Made by a program: the position numbers and the translations under genes
Shown: piece after piece, positions 10,388 through 22,537 of the stretch
Layout: every line of letters starts with the position of its first letter
Numbering within the stretch: the stretch's first letter is position 1
Assembly: GCA_003990765.1 (NCBI GenBank)
Contig: RBNJ01000107.1
Span: 1 to 41,384 of the forward strand
Length of the DNA stretch: 41,384 bases
From: Jimgerdemannia flammicorona
Taxonomy: Eukaryota
Direction: 5' to 3'
Notes under the pieces: generated by a model
The model's database searches: none
Told to the model about the DNA's origin: nothing
Seen by the model: the letters and a program-made list of their open reading frames with translations, nothing else

Positions 10388-13300
10388 ACTACCTCCAATT
10401 TCACCCCCTCCAGTCTCCAATCCTCCACCTCTTCAGAAGAAAGCAAATCAGTCCATTCCATCTGCAATCTAATTAGCCTATTAGAAGCACACCTCACTCA
10501 CTTCCTTCTCTGCCTCCCAGCCTCCCTATCAGCTCCTCCCCAATACACCCTTGCAGCCACCTTTAACCTCATCTAGCAGGCACCCACCAATGAACCCTCA
10601 TGTATCCAGTGAGTGATCATTACTTAGATATCCTCTATCAATAGGACCTACAACCCCTTCTCAGCCAGCAGAGAGGAGATAAGGCACTAATGTCTGGGCC
10701 CATCTCCACTTCCCCCAAAATGCTGCTGCCCCAATAGCCCCCAGTGATCAGACCATAGGCACCACTCCACCTCCAGGGTCCTCCAAACTTCAACACCCCA
10801 ACATTCAGCCATCAGAATCCAGTCAATTCTCATACCCAGCCATTCATCCAGTGTATATACATAGACCCTCCTGTTGCCCCAACATATTTTACCCATATTC
10901 TCTAAGGAGGAGAGATTCTCTGCCTTCTCCTACTTTTCCAGTCCACCACTCCTCCTGCCTGCATTCCTCTCTCCACAGTTCTATCTAACTGTAGATCCTG
11001 CACCATATTAAAGTCACCTCCCAGAACATTTATGCCTTCCTCCAAGAGAATGCCTTCCTCCAAAAGATCCCTAATCCACTCAATCTGCTCACCCCTAACC
11101 ACAGAGCAGTAGCAGGAGCCAATCTTTACAGATTTCCACCCAGGTTGATGCCATTCTCCCCAGACCAAGCAGTCACCCCAGCTCCTGATTCTGCTCAAAT
11201 CTCCTCTACCCTTTCTCACCAGAATCACCACTTTGCCAATCCAAGTAGTAGCTCCTCTCCATTCTCTAGTCCACTCTACCTGATCTTCCTCACCCTCACA
11301 CCATATATCCTGTAGTAAAAAGATATCAGCCTCCAATCCCTTAAGCGAAGTAAAAATGTTCTTCTGCAGCCCAGCCCCCCATAATCCATTCACATTCAGA
11401 GAGAAAATGTTAGTTGTACTGTTCATTAGGAATAATGTTAATTATCAATTGCATCCTCTACAAATCCACATTCAACTCCTTCTCTGCCAAGTCCAAGTCA
11501 TGTTCTGCAGCCAGCTCCTTCTCTTTAGCTGCCTGTACCTCCAACCCTTCCAGAAGTTCATCCATTGTCCCATCCTCCTTTTTCTCAAAGTCCTCATAAT
11601 ACTCCAGATATGCCTCCTGTCAGAGTTGCAAACCATGATGCTCTGCCCAACAGTAGGCAGCCTGCTCACCAGCAACAACTGCCAGCTCCACCTCTCTCAC
11701 CTTATCAACCTCATATCCCTCCTCCTCTAGGAAAATCACAAGAATCTCTGCCTTCAGTGCCCCCACCACTCCCTCACCATACAGAATCCCTGCCCAGTGC
11801 TCCTCACTCATCACTCACAGATCTACTTCTCTCAACTCCTCAGCTATGAGGTTATCCATCACCTTGCTCAACCACAGCAAGTTCCCCACCTCCTTCCCTC
11901 CAGGTGTCCCTGGCCTTCCTATATCCAGTATCATGGTATCTGCCTCTATACTAACAGTCTCATCCCATCCCTCCTCAGGGATATCCACCAGTTTGTTCTT
12001 ACCAACAGCCACCACCTGTCTCCCTTTTGCAACATCAGGAACCCCAAAGTATACCCACTGAGCACCCCACATCAGCTTGTCCTCTGCTACCCAACTCCTC
12101 ACAGCTGGACCCTACCTGATCAGAGGGGGAGTGTTATCCACAACTGGGTCCCAGACCTCAAGTGTACCATCAGCAAATGGGTCCTTGAGAGGCACATTCT
12201 CAGCCCCTTCCAAGCCCTCCTCTCTATCACCACCTCTCTTACTAGCCCAGACACTTGCCTCCACTCCCCCAGACTTCTCAGGGCCCTCAGCCTTCATCTT
12301 TGCCCCTCCTTCCATGCTCACCAGTAACTCCCTCTGCCTCCTATACTCTTGAGCCCACTCCTACTATTTCTTGTCAATATGAATATATTTCCCATCAACA
12401 ATTTCCAGATGTATCGACTCTATATACAATTTCCAGGCCTTCACCCTCTGCTCAACAGCACCACTCAACTCCTCCAGAGCCTCCAACAAGTCCTCCTCCT
12501 CCTCCTCACTCTCTCTCACCCTTAATATCATACAGACAAAAGCCCCCCACATCAACACCAATGGCCAGTCACTTGTCTTCTCCATAGCCTCCCTTCCAGC
12601 CAGTCTAATTCTGACATCTATGTCACCTGTCCTAAAGGAGGTCCCCTCCCACACCTGGAAGCCAACATCCACCACATCACCATACTCCACCATTACCTCC
12701 TCCACCCTCCTCCTAGTCTCCTCCTTCATCACTGTAGGCACCCCCTTTACCAGCAACTGTACCACTCTGGGGTCCCACCTCAGTCAGCATACTATGGGGA
12801 CCACTACTTCCCCAACTACCACTCCAGTCTTCAGAGCTTCTTCCAGTGGGCCTACCTCCTCAAAACCCACCTCAATCCCCTCCAGACCCTTCAGAAACTT
12901 TACTGAGGTAGCCCCAGCCACCTACTTCAAGATAAGCCCCAGGACCATTCTTGCCATTACTACCAAGCCCCAGAAGCACAAGGTGATCACAAACTTCAAA
13001 ATTGACTTCTTGAGCAATGGTGTCACCATCAACCCCCTCATACTATCTGTCAGGTCCCCCTTCCACATTAGCAACCCCTGCCCCAACTTGCCATCAGCCA
13101 TCACATCTCTTTTTTTTTCTTGATTCCCCATCACACTCCCATTGACAGTCACTCCCCCAGCCACAGTATCTCCAGCACCTATGCTTGCATCCCTGACCTG
13201 AGTACCACTCTCCCTCCTGATGCTTGCCTTGCCCTTTCCCTCAGCAGCACCAGCTCTAGTTTCAGCTGGCCATCTACTCATCTTCACCTTATTGACAAAG

Positions 13301-13563
13301 CTAGAGGGGCCAGTCCTTCCCCCAGCTCCACCTGACACCAGTTCTCCTCCAGAATCTTCTCCACCCTTTAACCCTCCAAAGGCCCCTATCCCCAGACCAC
13401 AACCTCTCCCTACATTCTGTCAGCTGAATTCCCTAGATCTCCCTGACCTGGCATACCCATCAGAACTCTTGCTCAATAATATTAGTATAGTATCTTTTCT
13501 CCAAGTTGTGTCAAAAACTGTTGCTTGAAGTTGGTATAATATGAATTGTACAGGAGAAAGGTG
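10388..13563 (-). mobile_element. L1/Tx1-like LINE copy B (older, CpG-erased): ORF1 about 11460-13480, ORF2 start 11426
   Basis: MNSTTNIFSLNVNGLWG, GGDFN, SDHW; ORF1 fragments align with copies A and D; 5' end CACCTTTCTCCTGTAC. Confidence 0.93.
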
Positions 13564-14012
13564 CTGGTGAATCCTGTCATTTTGGAATTATATATTAGTT
13601 CTTTGGTATTACAATCAGTGCCACTTTCCTTTCTTTACTATACATTATTAACTTACTACTACAATGGTCTAATTGATATAGTAAATATAAATATGCTCAT
13701 AAAGGGCTACCATCAGTAAAACAGAGAGGGTGGATGTAAATCTTTATAGATATATTAAAATCAAACCTTGAAGTTATTTGATAAATAAATTTATTTTTAC
13801 AACTGGTTTATTATTTATAATATCTATTAGAGTAGTGTATTTCAGCAATTATTAAAAAGTAAAGGTAAAATCAAATGTATTAAGATTGTTAATGAGTGTT
13901 CCATAATGAAGTCTCCAAAATTGAGCTAATTATAGAGAGTTGGCTTATAATAAAAAATAAAAAAAAATGAAATTACATACACTGTAATATAGCAGATACA
14001 TACTGACAGAAG

Positions 14013-15440
14013 TGTAGTAGATTTCTTTATCTTAAATACTTAATCTTCTTTAACTCCTTGGAGTCCTCAGATATAGGAGTAAGTGATTTCAAAGTATATT
14101 TGCCTACAGGCTTACTAGTTCCTTATCTCTATGCTTAAACTATTTTAATCTGAGGTTTATTTACTTTAGATACTAGAAATATTTATATAAGTTTACTAGT
14201 TATATAGCAGCTAAGTTGGACTTCTTTTTCTATAAGTTATTTTATATAGTCAAGAGATCTGTATACCTATATGATCTATATAATCATATGTTTTATATAT
14301 CTATATAAATTATATAACTGAGAGAATGAAAGACTGCTAAACTATATATTATACAATATCAGAAATCAGATTCAGATACTATAATCAAATATCAATCCTC
14401 TAATTGATTTCCTAATTTATATCAACTATTATAATTTCTTCTGAATAAGTGATTTTAACTCTAAAATACCTATTTAAACTCCTATTCTTCAATTAATTAT
14501 ATTTTTCTAGACTATGTGATCTGCTTAATTACATTCACTCAATAATATTGCTTTACTTACCAGATATCTCCTGGGGCTACTCCTCAGAAATTGGTCAGGG
14601 CTTGTTTATTATCTTTAAATAGTTTGTGGACTCACTTAGTAATAGTAATTCGGATATGGGGTATCTGTATAATAACTCTTATTTCTACCCCTCTCTTATC
14701 CTTTGGATAATTAGGAAAACAAGAAATTACTTAGAGACTTAGTATACTATGTATACCAAGAAGCCTTTAGTTTGAGAAAACACTTACTTAAAATTAGTTG
14801 TAGTGGCAGTGTCCTTCTTATTAACCATGATTGTAAGGGACTTGTTCTTTGCTATATACAGACTGAATTCACCTTGGAATTCAGATTAAATTGGGGTTTA
14901 CTTAAGTCTTTGTGATTTATATACTAGTCTCATTTCTGGTAGAAGTTAACTAGATTTCTAGAGTTTAGTCAGAAATACTAGAGTTACTTAGGTGTTATTA
15001 CTAAAACTCAGAAGAATATATTTGTAAAGGAGGGACTTGATTCTTGTATTAATGACTGAACTAAACCTACTTTATTTCAGATGGAAATTGGGGGATATTT
15101 ACATAAGTTGGTCTGTAATTTCTGACTAAGTATAAGTAACTAATTTGGTAACTATAGTGAGGTTTGTAATTATGACCATTGTTAGATAGTTTGTAATCAA
15201 AAACACTTTGTGATCAGGAGCTCAATTTATAGATAATGATCAGCTACTCTGATTCTGGTTGATGTAGTGCCAATTGTTGAGGATAAGTTCGATATCATTT
15301 TTTACATCATTTCCATTGTTCATTACATTTGTATATCATATGTCATATTTGATAAATAATGATATCATCACCAAGTCACATGATTTCTTATCATATATCA
15401 TGTCTTGTCTATTCACTCATTCATTCACTCATTCTATTAG
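14013..15440 (-). repeat. Probable degenerate 3' LTR of the chromovirus (left boundary uncertain)
   Basis: Starts immediately after the polypurine tract; TATATAAA near 14920 on the minus strand; candidate ...CTACA end at 14013. No second copy is available to confirm it. Confidence 0.35.
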
Positions 15441-15454
15441 ATCCTTTTCCCCTT
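15441..15454 (-). promoter_or_regulatory. Polypurine tract (AAGGGGAAAAGGAT)
   Basis: Minus strand GAGGACATTGATTTTAAGGGGAAAAGGAT, a typical Gypsy pre-3'-LTR context. Confidence 0.65.
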
Positions 15455-15475
15455 AAAATCAATGTCCTCATTGAT

Positions 15476-16281
15476 TCAGAAATTGAGAACCAGAGGAGAG
15501 AAAGGTGGAGAATCTTCCTCAGTATTGTTGTCTTCTCCTCCAGCAGCTAGAGTGGTAGTTGCTGATGGCTCAGTATCTAATGGAGTAGTCAATAAGGTCT
15601 GCAAATGGTTCTTGAACTGGTATGGACAATGGAGTAGGGGTTCTCTATCTAATATAATTGGGACCATCTACATAAGTAGAGTTCTTGATTCTTATACCTT
15701 AGGATATCCATTTAAATATGCAGTTCTTTAAAGAGGTCAGATAGACCCTAGAGCCATTAGTTTAGATTGTTATTCAGAAGAGAGCTCCAGTATAGTTCAT
15801 AATCAGTAGACTTAAGAGTAATCCAGGAGTTGGCTTCTTGGGTCACCTTGATCTCTAGCTCATTAACCTTAGGGAATGAGAGGTTCTGGAAGTCCTTCGG
15901 TTATATATAGTTGAGATTGGAGATTGTAAAGAATGCATAGCACATGATTTGATGGACCTTCTTGGCTAGTCTTTACTTATATCTATCTAGGTTGGTTCAG
16001 TCTGAGACATGGTCAGTAGGTAGGCCATTTGTATATTGAAGAAGTTGATGGCCAATTTTGTATTCATGCCAGATTTCTAGGTGGCCAATAGCAAGGTAGA
16101 CCCCTTTGATGAGTTCATGGCAGTCAAGAATATACTGTCCTAGATCCTGGCTAGAGAGGTTAAGGGCCTCAGAGTGGCAGTTCCTTTCTTGGATAATAAC
16201 CTGGATATGTCCAAAGAGACAGTCAATCTGGCTTGGGAGGGGCTGGCTATGGTGAACTGTTTGGCAGTAGGTAGTAGGCAT
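15476..16281 (-). pseudogene. Decayed unknown extra ORF between chromodomain and PPT (env position)
   Basis: MPTTYCQ... continues in frame past several TAA/TAG/TGA stops, then one frameshift to 15476-15667. Preceded by TATAAATA (16349-16356) and a CT-rich leader. Confidence 0.55.
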
Positions 16282-16959
16282 TCTTGTCTTATCTTTTCTT
16301 TAGGGAGAGGAGAGAGAGATGAGGATTGCAGTATGTTCTTGTCTTAAGTATTTATACTTATTCACCTATTTGGTGTAACTTTATTTTGATCACATTTCTC
16401 ATAGAAGATGTGACCTATTACTGTAAGCTGGATATATGCTGGTTATATTAGAAAATCCTGATTTTAAAGACATCATCACATTGTAGTTATAGTTACACAA
16501 GATTGACAGATCTTGGTCCTTTTTTTTTTTTGTCTTTTTGGTATATTTGCAAGGACTGGTCATCCTTATCTAGAGTGAGTGCTCTCATTGTCATAGCTGG
16601 GGGTTCAAACCTCCCAGAAATAGTATTTTTTATAATCTGAGGCAATTTCTAATAACAATATCTATTATATAGATAGACTTAGATTAGTTTCAATATTGTT
16701 AGCTTTCTTAAGTTCTATATGAAGTATCAGTAATTCTCTAATAGAGGAGATATAGATTGCATGAAACAGAGTTATTCTAAGGTATTTTACTATATCTTGC
16801 TGAATTGTTCTTCATCTGAGTATCTTATTGATTAGTAATAGTATTCCTTTTTCTGCAATATTTGGTATTATATATCCTGGGTAAATATATGATATCTTCT
16901 GCCTTTGCTATATGCTCTAGATTTTAGAGCTATAGTTCCTTCCTCTGCTGGGGAGTGAG

Positions 16960-18350
16960 TGTTTCCATAGAGTCCTGGAGGGCTTCATGTGTATTTTTCA
17001 GAGCTTCTTCTTTTTCTCAGATGGTATCATGGGTGGGGTAACCCTTCCACTTGATGAGGAAAAACTGCTTGACTGTTTTGGTATATTTGTAGACCTTGTG
17101 GTCAAGTACTTCCTTGATTTCGAATTCCTCATGATTATTGATCCTAATTGGGGGTAGTGGTGGAACTGTACACTTAGGAAATGAGTTCTCATAGTAGTCC
17201 ACTAGTTGGTTGATATAGAATACCAGATATACTCAAATATTGTAGAGGAGTTGTAACTTGTAGTTGACTTCACTGACTTTTTCCCCAATCTTATATGGCT
17301 AATTCTTCTAGCTTGGAGTTTCTTGGCTGATTGATATATTAGAGTGTCTGGGTAGAGGTGGTCTGTTCTAAGCATAACTATGTCACCAATATTGTAGGAG
17401 ACTTCTCTTTACTTCAAGTTCACATACTTGGTCTGATAGTCTTGTACTTCTATGAGAGCATCTCTTGTCATTTGGGTAAGGTCAGAAATGGACTCAGCCA
17501 TATCTTGAACTACTGAGACTGTTGATTTCACAGTATAGCTTGGAGTCCTTGAGTATTGGCTATGGTTCAGGAAGAATGGAGTCTTCTTCATAGATATTTA
17601 CTGACTATTGTTGTAGACAAACTCAGCATGGGCTAGAGACTTGTCCCAATCATTCTGCTTATAACAGCAGAAGATACTGAGTATCTGCTTGAGAGTTCTA
17701 TTGGTTTGTTAGTCTAATCATCTGTCTAGAGGTTGTAGGCAGTAGAGAACTTCAGCTTGGTTCTATAGAGAGAGAAGAATGCCTTCCAGAAGTTGATTGT
17801 AATCTTTGCATCCCAGTTAGATACAATGGTACTAGATATGCTATATAGCTTAAAAACTTAGTTAAGGAAGATCTTAGTAATTTCTAATATTGTGGCAGTG
17901 GTCAGAGTGTGTGCAAAATAGACTTATTTGTCTAGATGGTCTATAAATACTATATTGGCATCTCATCCTGTCTTGGTCTTGGAGAGCTGGACAATGAAGT
18001 TTATTGCAATCTAATTCTAGTTGTAACTTGAGATAGGTAGGGATTGCAGAAGTCCTACTGGTAGCTTGTTACCACTTTTGAACCTTTGGTATATCTTACA
18101 TGAAACCATGAAATCTTTGATATCTATAGTCATCTTTGGCCAGTAGAAGTCTCTTGAGAGGAGATTGTAGGTCTTCCCAAAGCCAAAATATCCTGCTGCA
18201 GGAGTGTCATAGAGTTCCTGTATGATCTTGAGTTGCAAAGTATCGTTATTGGATACAATTACTCTATTATAGTCCCTATAGATAAGTCCATCATGGTAAG
18301 TGAATCTTTTGGACATTTTCCTCATGGATTCTGGGACCTCAGCCTATGGG
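16960..18350 (-). pseudogene. Chromovirus (Ty3/Gypsy) integrase plus chromodomain
   Basis: Decayed zinc-finger region (ELYDTPAAGYFGFGKTYNLLSRDFYWPKM), KTPFFLNH, and chromodomain EEFEIKEVLDHK...FFLIKWKGYPTHDTI. Confidence 0.9.
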
Positions 18351-18399
18351 TCTTGGCAGAATTAAAGAAATTTCACCAGAAAGCTATTCTGTCAGTATC

Positions 18400-19095
18400 T
18401 CCTTCTGCTCAAAGCTGACCTCTACCTCTTCCTGTCCTTTCAAAAACTTCCCCAAAGTGGCCCCTTCACCTCTTAAGCCAGAAGCCCCAGAATCATTCTT
18501 ATTGTAACCACCAAGTCTCAGAAGCACAATGTGATGATAAATTCAGACCTCAATTTCTTAAGTAATAGTGCTGCCACCAGTTCCATCACACTATCTGTCA
18601 AGTCCCCAGGCCTTGTATCCACCCCCTGTCCAGATCCACCATCAACTGTCACATCTGGATTTTTTTCCAGATTAGCAGTTACCCCACCATCAGCAGTCTC
18701 ACTCTCCCAGCCACTGCTCCCCCAGCCCTACTGCCCTTGTCTCCATAGGCCACTCTCTCAGAACCTACAGCCCTTGCGATCTCCTTGCCCTTCCTCAGCC
18801 AGCCCTCTAGCCCAGTCATCATTGTCAGTTGACCTCCCTTTACTTTATTCATGAAACTCATCCTCCCTATCTTCTGTACTCTAATACTACCCCCTCTCCT
18901 TCCTTGTCTTCCTGTCAGCAAGCCCCTCATACTTCCCCCAAAGCTATGGCTCCTCCCCACATACTGCCAGTTGAACACACTAGGGCCACCCTGCCCAGCA
19001 TACACCTTGGAATGCTCAATAGATGCTATATTGCTAGTACCTTTTCTCCAAAAACAATGACTTGAGAGTTGCTTGAAGTTTGTATAACCTGAACA
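18400..19095 (-). mobile_element. LINE copy C, 5' UTR and first part of ORF1 only
   Basis: YAGQGGPSVFNWQYVGR...GGSMRGLL matches the ORF1 N-terminus; upstream TTCAGGTTATACAA matches the family 5' UTR. Confidence 0.88.
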
Positions 19096-19099
19096 TTGT

Positions 19100-20155
19100 A
19101 TGATAGCTTATACAAGTCAAGCTACCAATCAGCAGCAAGCTAATTATAGCAGCACCAAACTAGAATATCTTATAGTTATATAGAAAGTTACTCTGTTCAA
19201 ACACTACCTTATCAGAAAAAGATTCACTCTGATAACTGATCATACTGCTCTCAAATGGCTATTCAACTATAAGAAATCCACTAAAATTCTTGTCTGCTGG
19301 ATTCATATCCTATAGAATAACAAAATCACCATTATTCACAAAGTAGAAAAAGCTGACAATAATATTGATGTACTTTTTCACTAACTCTAATGAATTAGTA
19401 GAATAGTGTACTAAGGAACTATTCCCTAAAGGAAGCTTTTTTGAGCATCAAAGTACAAGAAGATCTCATTCAAAAAGAACATCAAAAAGCCCACCAAGGA
19501 TAGAAGAAAAGCTGTGAATAATATACCAACATTGGCCCAATCTCAGAATATAAGTCTGAGACATACTTAAGAAATATAATATCTGCCAAAGATACTAAGA
19601 AAAGAAGAACTATCAAGCATTACTACAACTAATCATGCTATTAGATAATATTTTTCAGAGATAGAGAGTAGATGTAATTAGTTATATCAAGAAGAAACAA
19701 ATATATTATAGTATTTATAGAATATCTGACTAAATGATCAAAGACTTTTCTAATGGAAATCACTAATGCCCTGTAAGTATACAACCTCTAAGCCATCAAA
19801 ATTGCATGTCATCCTCAGAACCAATTTGGAAACCACATGTGAGACTATAAAACAAGTTACTGAGGAGATCATCTGATTACACAAAATATGTCAGCAAGCA
19901 TGAGAACCTATAGCCAAGATACAAGAATACCAGAAGAAGTACTACAACTATAAGACTGACTCTGAACCCCTATAACTGGTTGATATACTATACTATTACA
20001 AAAGAAAATCAAAAGTACCAAACTCAAACTGAGACAAGAAGAACTCTATCTCATCCATCAAAGGTTTATGAACTGCACTTATCAACTCAAGACCAAAATA
20101 TATCACAACTATACAAGATCTCATTACTTAGCAGAAGTAAAACACATTTGAACAA

Positions 20156-20207
<52 letters not shown>

Positions 20208-20500
20208 GTCACTTGGACTCCTTTCCTTTATTACACCCATCTATCCCATATAATTACAGTAAACATTTGAACAACTCTGTTCACTCTATCAGTATCACCT
20301 CTATTGGAGAGTGACAGATGCTTCATCTGAACTCAAGAAAGCTGACATTATTGAAACCAATCTCAAGCCATCCATGTAATAGATATTATCACTAGAAATT
20401 GTCTCAGATTATAGAAAATATCATTTCTAAGAGGTTCAAATCCCCAGTCACAACATTGGGAGCCCTCACCCTAGACAAGAATGGCCAGTCCTCACAAATG
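19100..20500 (+). pseudogene. Heavily decayed Gypsy pol remnant (RNase H to integrase)
   Basis: ANYSSTKLE, FTLITDHTALKWL, KYIIVFIEYLTK and an HPQ-TN-like motif in shifting frames. Confidence 0.75.
20144..20278 (-). mobile_element. Severely 5'-truncated poly(A) retro-insertion with 16-bp TSD
   Basis: ACATTTGAACAACTCT at 20144-20159 and 20263-20278 flanks a 58-nt body with AATAAA (20227-20232) and an about 45-nt A tail. Confidence 0.9.
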
Positions 20501-20649
20501 TGCCAGAAGTCTAAAAAAAAAGAGAACCAAAACCTGTTATTCTTATACAATCACTATCACTAAGGATAGTCTTAATCTTGCAAGAGATAGAAGTGATGAT
20601 ACCTTGGAAACTGATGATATCAGAAGTCAGAAAACTGCTCAGACTTTGC

Positions 20650-21388
20650 CAGAGATGATGTCATCAATAGTGATGTCATTGAAGATTACCCAGACAGTGT
20701 CTAAATCTATAAATAGCTTAGCAGTCATAGTATAGTTTGATTAGCCCTGTATGATATAACTGTGAACAGACTCAGAAGTCAGACAATCTCTTGATATATC
20801 AGATTACACTTGTACTATGTGACTGTATTCTGACTCAGCAAGACACTAAGTGCTACATCCATATTCAGTATAGCCCAGATAGCCCCTCACTAGTATAAAT
20901 ACCCCTCTCCCTGACCTCAAAATCTCAGACTTTAATAGACTCGAACAAACAAGAATATTCCTGAACACTTCCCCACAATATCCCTTTACACAACTACTCC
21001 TAGTATAGCAATATTATAAATAGCAAATAAACCTATTTAATAACCCACAAACCACTCTTAAGTAATCTACTCCCCATTAGGTCCCACTCCTAACTCTATT
21101 ATGAAATTTCCTAATTGGGTATTGTCTGCAGTGATATGCCAATTCAACTAAGCTGGTCTTAGTTTCTTGAACTTCTTAAAATATGAAAAATCCTGAACAT
21201 CCAGAACTAGTTCAAAAAAGGACTTTGGTTGAGACATTAATCTGATCTTGAAATCAATAAGTATAGAGGATGTACTCTATATAAAATTGATCTTGACCTT
21301 AAGAAAATAGTCTTCCAGAATATCTAGAACTTCCAGAAAACCCTTCCAGAACTACATAATGGCTATCCTAACAAGTAACCCTCTTACA
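20650..21388 (+). repeat. Third, partial copy of the 2-kb LTR family (3' about 740 bp, lacks most of the U3 ORF)
   Basis: Aligns with about 5598-6329 and ends CTTACA; homology stops abruptly at about 20650. Confidence 0.9.
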
Positions 21389-21990
21389 TACCCTGACTAT
21401 TGTTGGCCTCCTCTATAGACTCACACTCAGATATAGACTCTTAAAAGAACTTATCTCTAACTGTGGTACAGAATTTATCAATAATATCATCACAAGTTAT
21501 ATCTGAATTTACAAGATCTACCTTAAATAGACTACATCATACTAATCTCAAGTCAATTCTACCAATTAGAACCTCTGCTTACCTGAGATCCTATGGGAAA
21601 TTTAGAAAACCCCTGCTATCTCTATCAAACAAAAGTAATTCAAGATTATATTTACTAAGAATATCAGAACTGCTGACTCTGAGAATTCTTATAAAGACAA
21701 AATAATTATTTAATTAAGCGCAAGCTCAGATAATCTAGGACCAAGAAAGACAAGAAGTACTATAACTAGAGGCAAAAGGATTAGAAAATTAAGATTAGAG
21801 ATCAAGTACTAGTTTAGAGAAGCATGATTGAAACAAACTTTTCCATCAAACTGAAGCCCAAATGGGAAGGACTTTATCTTTTATATAATATCAAATAGAC
21901 TAGTATCTATTTAAGAAGTATGGATAGATGAATCCTGAAGGCATGAGGACATTAATTACCTCAAGCTATGTATATCTCTCTCTATACTAT
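21389..21990 (+). pseudogene. Gypsy integrase core and GPY/F module remnant
   Basis: KELISNCGTEFINNII (decayed SDxGTEF), TSAYLRSYGK, KLKPKWEGLY. Confidence 0.75.
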
Positions 21991-22537
21991 AAACCAGAGG
22001 ATTGACCAGTGCCTCTAAACTCTTATTCTTAGTTTCTTCTAAGCCCTGTCTGTTCCTCTGTCTCAGTTCTACCCACTTGAAGGAACTCTAATACAATTGA
22101 TCCTAAAAATACTAAGAGAACCTTGCCATCATCCAGAGGTTATTATAGATTCACTATCTGTAAGTCTTTTATAACATTGGACAACTATTGCAAGAGCAAC
22201 TATATATAGAGACTAGCTGATATAATTAACTGAGAGGTCTGAGCTGTAAAAATACTCAATCTCTATTTCTTATATAGATGAAATTCAGAAGCTCTCCTGT
22301 AAGCCCACTTTCACTTAACTGATATTTATCAGATAAATGAAACAACTTTCCAGGACACCCTCCAATAAGTAGAAATCCTATTTCCTAAAGAACCAAATTA
22401 AGACCCAGAACTAGAGTAGAGTGACACAGATGTAGAAGAGGATGATAGTACTAGTATAGATATAGAAGATATCTTAGGATATTGGAATAATAACTAAAGA
22501 ACAGTCTGAGAACAGACCATTCTTTAGTGAGGGCTGA

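Noticed and set aside
16560-16630. tRNA-like or SINE sequence (GGGGGTTCAAACCTCCC followed by a T run)
   Set aside because: Only a T-arm-like hairpin; no convincing acceptor stem, D-arm or A box.
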